DNA from: Patescibacteria group bacterium
GTDB lineage: Bacteria > Patescibacteriota > JAUYIX01 > JBHPHK01
DNA length: 64,000 nucleotides
Assembly (NCBI GenBank): GCA_042569365.1
Contig: JBHPHK010000004.1
Span: 6,113-70,112, forward strand
Reading direction: 5' to 3'
The position numbers and the translations under genes are program-made. Position 1 is the first letter of the stretch. Each line of letters starts with the position of its first letter. Positions 54,146 to 61,445 of this stretch are shown piece by piece. The notes beneath the pieces are model-generated. The model was not told the origin of the DNA and searched no databases. It worked only from the letters and a program-made list of their open reading frames with translations.

Positions 54146-54174
54146 TTGACATAATGGCCTAGTCGGTGTACAAT
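54146..54174 (+). promoter_or_regulatory. sigma70-type promoter (TTGACA-17-TACAAT)
   Basis: It has exact hexamers and lies 47 nt upstream of ATG 54221. Confidence 0.6.
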
Positions 54175-54220
54175 CTGGCCGCTATAATCAAGATATAGAG
54201 CACTATTATATATAAATTTT

Positions 54221-56368
54221 ATGAATAAAAAACTTACCCAAATGAAATCCGACACAAGCATTGGCGAAGAAAACTGCCACGCTAAAGACTCACATTTAAT
54301 AGTACGATTCGCTTTGATAGACACCGTTGCTGCGGCTGTCTTATTGTTAGTGATTACGGGTGCATTGTTCTTGGTGCGCAATCAACCCGCGCCAGAAGTA
54401 AGCACCGTAGCTGAAACAAATGGTACTACTGCGCAAATAGGTAAGCCAATAGATCCGAGGGATCCGCCTGGCACTGGTGTTATACTTCAAGGAAAGATAG
54501 ATACAGCGTTACTTCTTGAACGCGTTAACGGCGCTCCCCTCAATCAGCATAATTATCCTCACACTGTTGAGGTCGGAGATCTAGTTCAATATCGTCTGGA
54601 CTATAGGGCTTTTGGTATAACTTTAGAAGCGCCAGTTGAAATAGCTTCAGCGTACAATCCTGGTTATTTACGCTTTGTCGGAATGTATGGCGACCATATT
54701 GGCCCAGATCAGCCAATTACCCAAGGTATCTTGCACTGGCCGGACGCTACTAGTGGTGCAGATATTCCAATGTTTGAAGTTAGAGTAATGAAGCCCATGT
54801 TTAGGGTAATCAAGGCAGGAACTAATCCAAATACAGATATTTCATTTCAGGCTACGGCTGATGCTACTGATGGTGAAACATATATTGATAATATAAAATA
54901 CTCTCCGTTAACTGTTATCAATATTCCACCGGCACCGTCCGTAACTGTTGACTCAAGCTCGCTTCTGACATCAACCTCGGTAGAGATCCAAGATCTATCT
55001 CGCTACCGCATCGCGGTTAAAAATACTGGAGCCATAAAACTAGAAGCACCAGTGGTTCTGCACGTGGCTTACAATCCTAAGATCTTCAAATATGTTGGGA
55101 CTGAAGGAGCGCTCTCCGCGTCTTCAGACCAGGACGGTACGATCATCTTTAATGATATTACCAGCGGCAAAGGTCTTGCGGCTGGAACAGGAGCATACAT
55201 TGGGTTGCGTTTGGTAGCAAAAACACCGGGAGCCTCTCCAAGTACAGACGTTCATGTCTATACTTCTGCGCGTGACGCTAGAAATCGTTTAGCGACTGAT
55301 CGTATGACATTAGCGGGCATCACAGTTGTTGCGCCGCCGCCGCCTCCTGCACCGGAACCGGAACCAGAGCCAGAGCTAACTCTGGCCCAACAATTGCAAG
55401 CATTCTTCACTCTTTCACCAGAGCAAGAAGGTGTAGTTAAGACTGTTGTCGCGCCGTCGACTGCGGTGATCAATGCGATCAACCTAGCCGCGGCCGCTAA
55501 TCCGCTCAATATCGGCTATCTCTTCCTCTTGCTCTTCACTGAGCCTTTGCAGCTTCTCTTCCGTCGCCGCCGCGGATCTTACGGCGTCATCTATAACGCG
55601 TTGACGAAGCATCCGCTTTCGCTTGTTATGATCCGTCTTGTTGAAGCTAAATCTGGCCGCGTCGTGAAGACAGCCGTTTCAGATACTAAAGGACGCTTCT
55701 CAATGACAGGCCCTCCAGGTCAATACCGCATTCAGATTTCTAAGGCCGGATTCGTTTTCCCAAGTCAATCTGTTCCAGGTACGCGTGATTCAGGCTTTGC
55801 TAATGTCTATCACGGCAACACCTTCGAATTGACTGAAGAAAATCCGAACATAGTAGCTAGTATTCCACTTGATCCTCCAAAGGCAGAGCGCACCCGCCAA
55901 GCACTCATGCGCAGCAGAGTTTATAATGTGATCCGCAACGTAATTGCCTGGGTCGGTATGGCTGTTGCTGTCATTCTCGTGATCTTGGCACCGAGCCCAT
56001 TGACGATCGGACTGCTTGTAGCACACGTCATCTTCTTCTTCCTCTTCCGCTTCTTTGCTCGTATGCAAGCTCCTCCAACTTGGGGCGCAGTCTACGACTT
56101 CCTAACCGGCAAACCAATCCGCGGTGCTGTGGTTCGCATCTACGACACTCAGTATGAGCGTCTGTTAGACTCGAGAGTCACAAATCGTCGCGGACAGTAT
56201 GGCTTCATAGTCGGGCAGAACGAGTACTTGCTTGACGCTGCGAAGGAAGGATACAAGTTCCCGGCACCAGAGAAGAAAAAACCTCACGACTATCTCGGAG
56301 GTAAATTTACTCCTCGTCGCGGTTCGGTCAGGATGAATATCCCGATCAGTCCCAGTAAGGGCAAGTAA
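54221..56368 (+). CDS. large envelope protein, paralogue A
   Basis: 715 aa. The order is an N-terminal TM helix, two beta-rich repeat domains, a PEPEPEPE linker and a TM block. Two CarboxypepD_reg-like modules follow (VMIRLVEAKSGRVVKTAVSDTKGRFSM..; GAVVRIYDTQYERLLDSRVTNRRGQYGF). Confidence 0.75.
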   Translation: MNKKLTQMKSDTSIGEENCHAKDSHLIVRFALIDTVAAAVLLLVITGALFLVRNQPAPEVSTVAETNGTTAQIGKPIDPRDPPGTGVILQGKIDTALLLERVNGAPLNQHNYPHTVEVGDLVQYRLDYRAFGITLEAPVEIASAYNPGYLRFVGMYGDHIGPDQPITQGILHWPDATSGADIPMFEVRVMKPMFRVIKAGTNPNTDISFQATADATDGETYIDNIKYSPLTVINIPPAPSVTVDSSSLLTSTSVEIQDLSRYRIAVKNTGAIKLEAPVVLHVAYNPKIFKYVGTEGALSASSDQDGTIIFNDITSGKGLAAGTGAYIGLRLVAKTPGASPSTDVHVYTSARDARNRLATDRMTLAGITVVAPPPPPAPEPEPEPELTLAQQLQAFFTLSPEQEGVVKTVVAPSTAVINAINLAAAANPLNIGYLFLLLFTEPLQLLFRRRRGSYGVIYNALTKHPLSLVMIRLVEAKSGRVVKTAVSDTKGRFSMTGPPGQYRIQISKAGFVFPSQSVPGTRDSGFANVYHGNTFELTEENPNIVASIPLDPPKAERTRQALMRSRVYNVIRNVIAWVGMAVAVILVILAPSPLTIGLLVAHVIFFFLFRFFARMQAPPTWGAVYDFLTGKPIRGAVVRIYDTQYERLLDSRVTNRRGQYGFIVGQNEYLLDAAKEGYKFPAPEKKKPHDYLGGKFTPRRGSVRMNIPISPSKGK

Positions 56369-56433
56369 TCTATCAGAACAATAAACAAAAAGCTGCATGA
56401 CAAAAGTGCAGTTTTTTGTTTTATAAAAGTGTC

Positions 56434-56478
56434 ATTCCCGTCCCCGGATCAAGTCCGAGGACAGGCTCCGGTGGGAAT
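56434..56478. repeat. GC-rich nested palindrome ATTCCC-N33-GGGAAT
   Basis: The sequence is ATTCCCgtccCCGGAtcaaGTCCgagGACaggcTCCGGtGGGAAT. It forms three nested stems in an otherwise AT-rich spacer between the two paralogues. Confidence 0.5.
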
Positions 56479-56549
56479 CTGTAGCTAAATCAGTGTAGGT
56501 TACGGAATTAGAGACTTGTATTTTTAGTAAATGCGATAAGCTGTAGAGC

Positions 56550-56578
56550 TTGACAAAAAAGGCTAGTCAGTGTATGAT
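56550..56578 (+). promoter_or_regulatory. sigma70-type promoter (TTGACA-17-TATGAT)
   Basis: The -35 is exact. It lies 47 nt upstream of ATG 56625, the same spacing as for paralogue A. Confidence 0.6.
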
Positions 56579-56624
56579 TCCTTAGTTATAATGCAGTTAG
56601 ATTTATATAAAGATATTTTCTGAC

Positions 56625-58820
56625 ATGGCTCAAAAACCGGCAGATAAGAAAACGGCTGAAGACCCAGCCGAACAAAATTATAGAAAGAAGGAACCGCACA
56701 TGATTTTGCGGTTTGCTTTGATTGATACAGTTGTTGCGGCCGTATTGCTTTTGCTGATCACCGGTGTGCTTTTCATGGTACGTAACTGGCAAATTAACGT
56801 TGAAGAGACCAATTCATTTTCAATAGTCCAGTCAAATCATGTTACAGCACAGGTACCAATTTATATTGATCCTCGTGATAGACATTCTCCTCCTGTAGCT
56901 CCTCTCCCGCCTGCAATTATCATGGCGGTAAACGTTGAGCGCGTGAACGGTATCGCAATCAACCAAAGCGCTGACCCTATTCAAGTAGAGGTCGGTGATT
57001 TGGTGCAATATCGAGTTGACTATAAACCGTGGAGGATAAACTTAATCGCTCCTTTTGATATGGTTCAGTCTTATGATCCCGGTTTTTTGCAATATGTAGG
57101 TATGTATCAAGATATTAATGGAGCCGACCAGCCTGTTACTCAAGGCTTAATACATTGGACAGATGTCAGTAATGGTGAAGATGTGTATTCTACTGAGACT
57201 AGAACAGTAAAACCTGAATATCGAGTGATCCGTGCCGGCATAAGGCCAAACACTAATTTATCGACTGAGTTGTCTTTTGAGTTTGAGAGCGAGACTATTT
57301 ACGGCACTAGTATTTTTGACAAATTAAAAGTAGATAACCCGCCTCCGCTGCCAGTTATCACAGCTTCCAGAAGTTCGCTGAATACAGCAGCTACCATAGA
57401 CGAAAACGAACTCGTGCGTGCACGTATCTCCATTGCCAATACGGGAGAGATTGCAATTGCGGCACCTGTTAAGGTGACTGTTACATATAATGCAAATTAT
57501 CTAAACTACATTGGCACGGAAACAACTACGGGCGCGTTATCTGTTTCATCTGATAATGTAGCGGCAGCGCAGGTCACATCAGGTGGCGCGTTAGTTTGGA
57601 GTGATGCGACGAATGGACATAGCATCGCACCGGGTACGTCAGCCTTCTTAGGAGTGCGCTTCAAAGCTGTTAAGCCTGGTACTCGTCCCAATACAAATAT
57701 TAACATTGCTGTCGCAGCCAAAGACACTCGCGACCGTTCAGCGACAGCTGCTTTTACAATCGCAGGCTTAGTAGTCAACGCGTTGCCAATACCGGAGCCA
57801 GAACCTGAACCAGAGCCAGTAATTAGGCAGGCTCTGCAAACTATTCAAGACTTTTTCACACTAACCCCGGAACATGAAACCGTGGTTAGTACGGTGATCG
57901 CGCCGTCAACTGCGATCATCAATGCGATCAACCTAGCGGCGGCTGCAAATCCGCTCAATATCGGCTATCTTTTCCTATTACTCTTTACCGAGCCGCTTCA
58001 GTTGATCTTGCGGCGCCGTCGCGGATCTTTCAGTGTTGTTTATAATGCGCTAACCAAACATCCTCTTTCACTTGTTATGGTTCGTCTTGTTGAGGCAGAG
58101 TCTGGCCGCATCATGAAGACTGCCGTTTCAGATCCAAAAGGGCGCTTCTCACTTTCCGGTCCTCCAGGTAAATATCGCATCCAGATCACAAAATCAGGCT
58201 TTATTTTTCCAACCAAGACTATAAAGGGCATACGCGATGCCGGTTTTACAAATATTTATCACGGAGACATTTTCGAGCTCACGGCTGATAAGCCAGCGGT
58301 GACCGCTAGTGTTCCGATTGATCCGCCAAAGGCAGACCTAACACATAAAGCGGTCTGGCGCAGTAATCTATATAATAGTATCCGCAACATTATCGCCTGG
58401 GCCGGTATTGTCGTGGCGATGGTCTTGGCCTTAATCGCACCGAGCGCTTTAACGATCGGACTTTTGGTCGCGCACGTCGCTTTCTTCTTCCTCTTCCGAT
58501 ATTTTGCCCGCCTCGAAGCTCCGCCAACCTGGGGGATGGTTTACAATTTCATAACAGGCAAACCAGTACGCGGCGCTTTGGTGCGCATTTATGATGCACA
58601 GTACGAACGCCTGCTTGATTCGAAAGTAACTAATCGTCGCGGACGCTACGGTTTCTTAGTCGGACAGAACGAATACTTGCTTGACGCTGCGAAAGTAGGA
58701 TACCAATTCCCGGCTCCAGAAAAGAAAAAATCCCATGACTATCTGGGAGGCAAGTTTACGCCACACGATTCTGTCAAATTAGACATTCCGATCAAACGTC
58801 AGGCTCGACAGAAGAAGTAA
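56625..58820 (+). CDS. large envelope protein, paralogue B
   Basis: 731 aa with the same architecture as 54221..56368. The C-terminal 330 aa are nearly collinear and highly similar, and the N-terminal ectodomain has diverged. Confidence 0.75.
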   Translation: MAQKPADKKTAEDPAEQNYRKKEPHMILRFALIDTVVAAVLLLLITGVLFMVRNWQINVEETNSFSIVQSNHVTAQVPIYIDPRDRHSPPVAPLPPAIIMAVNVERVNGIAINQSADPIQVEVGDLVQYRVDYKPWRINLIAPFDMVQSYDPGFLQYVGMYQDINGADQPVTQGLIHWTDVSNGEDVYSTETRTVKPEYRVIRAGIRPNTNLSTELSFEFESETIYGTSIFDKLKVDNPPPLPVITASRSSLNTAATIDENELVRARISIANTGEIAIAAPVKVTVTYNANYLNYIGTETTTGALSVSSDNVAAAQVTSGGALVWSDATNGHSIAPGTSAFLGVRFKAVKPGTRPNTNINIAVAAKDTRDRSATAAFTIAGLVVNALPIPEPEPEPEPVIRQALQTIQDFFTLTPEHETVVSTVIAPSTAIINAINLAAAANPLNIGYLFLLLFTEPLQLILRRRRGSFSVVYNALTKHPLSLVMVRLVEAESGRIMKTAVSDPKGRFSLSGPPGKYRIQITKSGFIFPTKTIKGIRDAGFTNIYHGDIFELTADKPAVTASVPIDPPKADLTHKAVWRSNLYNSIRNIIAWAGIVVAMVLALIAPSALTIGLLVAHVAFFFLFRYFARLEAPPTWGMVYNFITGKPVRGALVRIYDAQYERLLDSKVTNRRGRYGFLVGQNEYLLDAAKVGYQFPAPEKKKSHDYLGGKFTPHDSVKLDIPIKRQARQKK

Positions 58821-58860
58821 AACATGCTAATTATGCGCTATAGAGCTTTCTATGGCCATA

Positions 58861-58889
58861 TTGACAAAAGTCCCTTTCAGATCTATAGT
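58861..58889 (+). promoter_or_regulatory. sigma70-type promoter (TTGACA-17-TATAGT)
   Basis: It has exact hexamers and lies 104 nt upstream of the ATP-grasp ATG. Confidence 0.5.
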
Positions 58890-58959
58890 ATAACTACTTA
58901 TTTCTTTAGCGCTAAAACTTATGACGCTTTCAGCAATTTGGCAAGACTAATTATGAAAT

Positions 58960-58992
58960 AAGGTCGGCTAATAACCGACCTTATTTTTATTT
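58960..58992 (+). terminator. hairpin + U-run immediately before the ATP-grasp start (attenuator or terminator of the upstream gene)
   Basis: AAGGTCGG-CTAATAA-CCGACCTT is followed by ATTTTTATTT, which abuts ATG 58993. Confidence 0.5.
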
Positions 58993-59943
58993 ATGAATCA
59001 AATTATTATAGGCTGCCCATATGATAGGATCATTGATCTTAAAAGTGCCCTTAAGACTATCGCGAAGGGAAGTGTTATCGTAGATGTGAACGACGTGTCC
59101 GCAGTAGACTTCGATGCTATTTACGTTGGATCCGATTTCAAGCCTATGCGTATTTCAGATTTTAACGCGTCTTTCATACGTTACCCGTACGACTTAATTC
59201 CTCCACACACCAGTAACTATTCCCGTCGAGAGAAGACAGAGCTTCTCAAAACACTCGCATTGCTTTTTTCTGATGTGTCGATTAATAAATTTTCTGAGAG
59301 CCTTCGGGCCAGGAATAGAATTTACTCTCTAAAGGTTGCTGCCAGTTGCGGGCTTAATATTCCTAGTTCACTTATAGTCAGTCGTAATATTGGTAATTTC
59401 AAGACAGACTTATTTTCTGACAAAGTCGTAACGAAAAGTTTAGGGAATTGTTATTATGCTAAACGACTCAATAACGAAGAAGAATTGACCAAGAAGCAAT
59501 TGTTTTTTACCAAAGATGGCAATGACTCGGCCTATATTTATCCTGCCCATGCAATAAAAAACGCTGAAGAACTTAACGCGCACATAGAAAGTTTTCAAGT
59601 ATCCTTTCTCCAGAATTGTGTAAAGGGTAAGGAGTTTCGTATTTATCTTATCGGTGAAAAAATCTTTTTCTACAGTCGCGAGAAAGTTGACGGCATAGAT
59701 AAGAGTGCAGGCAAAAAAGTGCCCATAGATTCGCCTATAGACAACAAAGAAAAAGTAAAACTATTTACGCTACTAAAGAAGCTTAAACTTCAATATTTAA
59801 ATATCGATGCTGTCATAGATTCGGCGACTAAAAAGTTTATTGTCATCGACATTAATCCTTTTGGTTCTTTGCCGGACTACGACACTGATCCCGAGCCGAC
59901 TCTCGAATTAGCCAGGCTTATTTTAAAAGACAAGAAAAAATAA
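58993..59943 (+). CDS. ATP-grasp ligase (RimK / peptide-ligase-like), AT-rich
   Basis: 316 aa. The patterns NRIYSLKVAASCGLNIPSSLIV, VVTKSLG, EFRIYLIGEKIFFYSRE and YLNIDAVIDSATKKFIVIDINPFGS resemble ATP-grasp central and C-terminal lobes. The call is by motif only. Confidence 0.6.
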   Translation: MNQIIIGCPYDRIIDLKSALKTIAKGSVIVDVNDVSAVDFDAIYVGSDFKPMRISDFNASFIRYPYDLIPPHTSNYSRREKTELLKTLALLFSDVSINKFSESLRARNRIYSLKVAASCGLNIPSSLIVSRNIGNFKTDLFSDKVVTKSLGNCYYAKRLNNEEELTKKQLFFTKDGNDSAYIYPAHAIKNAEELNAHIESFQVSFLQNCVKGKEFRIYLIGEKIFFYSREKVDGIDKSAGKKVPIDSPIDNKEKVKLFTLLKKLKLQYLNIDAVIDSATKKFIVIDINPFGSLPDYDTDPEPTLELARLILKDKKK

Positions 59944-60172
59944 AACATAAAAAAGTCGCACTCTCCCAACAGATGTCGGTACAGTTTTTAGTGTTTAAAT
60001 CTTAATCGTACAAGAAACAATTTATTTATCTGATTTTTTTGTTCAGAGGTTTTTAAAAATCCTTTATCTTAATTTCAACAGACTATTGTGGTAAACTAAC
60101 AACAGGTTATGCACTAACGCATCTTGTGTTAGTTGTACTAGATATCAATAATTCACATAACTATACTATACT

Positions 60173-60415
60173 ATGAAATTTACTTCTTTCGGAATCATGC
60201 AATTGCCTGATGGATCATATCTGCATGCACCAGGCTTTACTAAGAAGATCGTTCAAAAACTTCCCATGCCAGCCGCTGCTATTAAGGGAACTTTCACAGG
60301 AGAATGGGGGAAGTCTGATGACCTGCAAGTAGAAAAAGGGATGAGAATCCTAGGGGTCAATAGATTGGGCAGAGAATTGGGACTTGATCTAGAACGAAAG
60401 ACAGGGACTTTCTAA
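60173..60415 (+). CDS. small protein A (80 aa), member of a local 3-gene family
   Basis: The ORF begins MKFTSFGIMQLPDGSYLHAPGF...GEWGKSDDLQVEKGMRILG. TATACT lies 5 nt before the ATG, so the mRNA may be leaderless. It is collinear with protein C. Confidence 0.5.
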   Translation: MKFTSFGIMQLPDGSYLHAPGFTKKIVQKLPMPAAAIKGTFTGEWGKSDDLQVEKGMRILGVNRLGRELGLDLERKTGTF

Positions 60416-60498
60416 GGTAAATTCTGTCATCTTCGCTTGAGATTAATCTCATATAAACACGAGAAAAAAGCTGCGCCGAACAGAGAGGGGCAGTTTTT

Positions 60499-60573
60499 TG
60501 GTAGTCCCTACGGGAATCGAACCCGTATTTCCACCTTGAAAGAGTGGCGTCCTAACCGTTAGACGAAGGGACC
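60499..60573 (-). tRNA. tRNA-Glu (anticodon UUC), CCA encoded
   Basis: The reverse strand reads GGTCCCTTCGTCTAACGGTTAGGACGCCACTCTTTCAAGGTGGAAATACGGGTTCGATTCCCGTAGGGACTACCA. It folds as a cloverleaf with anticodon loop CTTTCAA and T-loop GGTTCGATTCC, and closely resembles bacterial tRNA-Glu. Confidence 0.9.
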
Positions 60574-60611
60574 AAAATAATCTTAAAGCAGCAGGCTTAG
60601 CTGCTCCGCCT

Positions 60612-60640
60612 ATGCTACTAGTTGCCGATGAGTTTGTCAA
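60612..60640 (-). promoter_or_regulatory. sigma70-type promoter of tRNA-Glu (TTGACA-17-TAGCAT)
   Basis: It reads on the minus strand and lies about 38 nt upstream of the tRNA 5' end. Confidence 0.55.
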
Positions 60641-60709
60641 CATGAACACACTGTCTATTTAAAGTATAATAAAAACAGAATCAACCAACTATAAAGGAGG
60701 TGTTAAGTA

Positions 60710-60877
60710 ATGCCAATTAAACCAATAAGAGGATGGTTCGGATTTCTTCCACTGCCGAACGGCAATTCAATAACTTTCCCGCTTAAGCCAAAGGCTGCAG
60801 AGGCTCTGCTGGAAGTTCTCAAAAGACATAGTTTACCTTTTGATGTTAGAAGATCTGTTGGTCCACCTAAGATTTAG
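60710..60877 (+). CDS. small protein B (55 aa), member of a local 3-gene family
   Basis: AAAGGAGG lies 9 nt before the ATG. The ORF is MPIKPIRGWFGFLPLPNGNSITFPLKPKAAEALLEVLKRHSLPFDVRRSVGPPKI. A terminator follows at 60892..60916 (ACGCCGG-CTCGT-CCGGCGT+TTTT). It is below the track cutoff. Confidence 0.55.
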   Translation: MPIKPIRGWFGFLPLPNGNSITFPLKPKAAEALLEVLKRHSLPFDVRRSVGPPKI

Positions 60878-60964
60878 TGTTGGATAACAAAAACGCCGGC
60901 TCGTCCGGCGTTTTTAGGTAGTGAAATAATTTTCGCGTAGTTAAGTCTTTTTTCCTAAAAAACC

Positions 60965-60993
60965 TTTACAGAACACAAAATCCATGTTACAAT
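60965..60993 (+). promoter_or_regulatory. sigma70-type promoter (TTTACA-17-TACAAT)
   Basis: It lies 61 nt upstream of ATG 61055. Confidence 0.5.
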
Positions 60994-61054
60994 CGGGTTG
61001 TAATAGTTGAGTGAAAGCTCGATTATTCGAATTAATTAGATTAACTAAACAACT

Positions 61055-61318
61055 ATGGCAGAACAATTCAGTGTTTTACTGAATGGGGCAGGTAAGTTTG
61101 TTGCTGCGCCGATATCTGATCAGGCGTATGCAAACTATCCTCATGACAAAGCAAGATTTGAAGTTGATTCGATAGATCCTGGAGTTTGGGGTTCTGGAGA
61201 TACTCTTAAAGACGTATTATCTAGGATCCTGGAGGAAGGAAATCCTGTTGAGCTTAAGTGGATTGAGGGACCTGAGGGTTGGAGAAGGGACTTTGATGGC
61301 ATGATCACACAACCTTAA
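61055..61318 (+). CDS. small protein C (87 aa), member of a local 3-gene family
   Basis: The ORF begins MAEQFSVLLNGAGKFVAAPISD...PGVWGSGDTLKDVLSRILEEG. A terminator hairpin follows at 61345..61378. Confidence 0.55.
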   Translation: MAEQFSVLLNGAGKFVAAPISDQAYANYPHDKARFEVDSIDPGVWGSGDTLKDVLSRILEEGNPVELKWIEGPEGWRRDFDGMITQP

Positions 61319-61445
61319 GAGTAGTTCTTCTTACCTATATAAATAAATAACAGGCCTCGTGCCTGTTATTTATTTTGTTGATTATTTGCATTTCTGCTTT
61401 CAGGCTGATCATTGTATAATAGCGTTAACACTCTAGAGACTATTT

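Noticed and set aside
55321-55380. PEPEPEPE-coding repeat (also 57790..57830) as a tandem DNA repeat or contingency locus
   Set aside because: These are very short (4-5 dipeptide units), imperfect at the DNA level and in-frame linkers of the paralogous proteins. There is no evidence of slippage-prone homogeneity.
60449-60649. 66-aa minus-strand track ORF
   Set aside because: It is fully explained by the tRNA-Glu gene and its promoter and leader.
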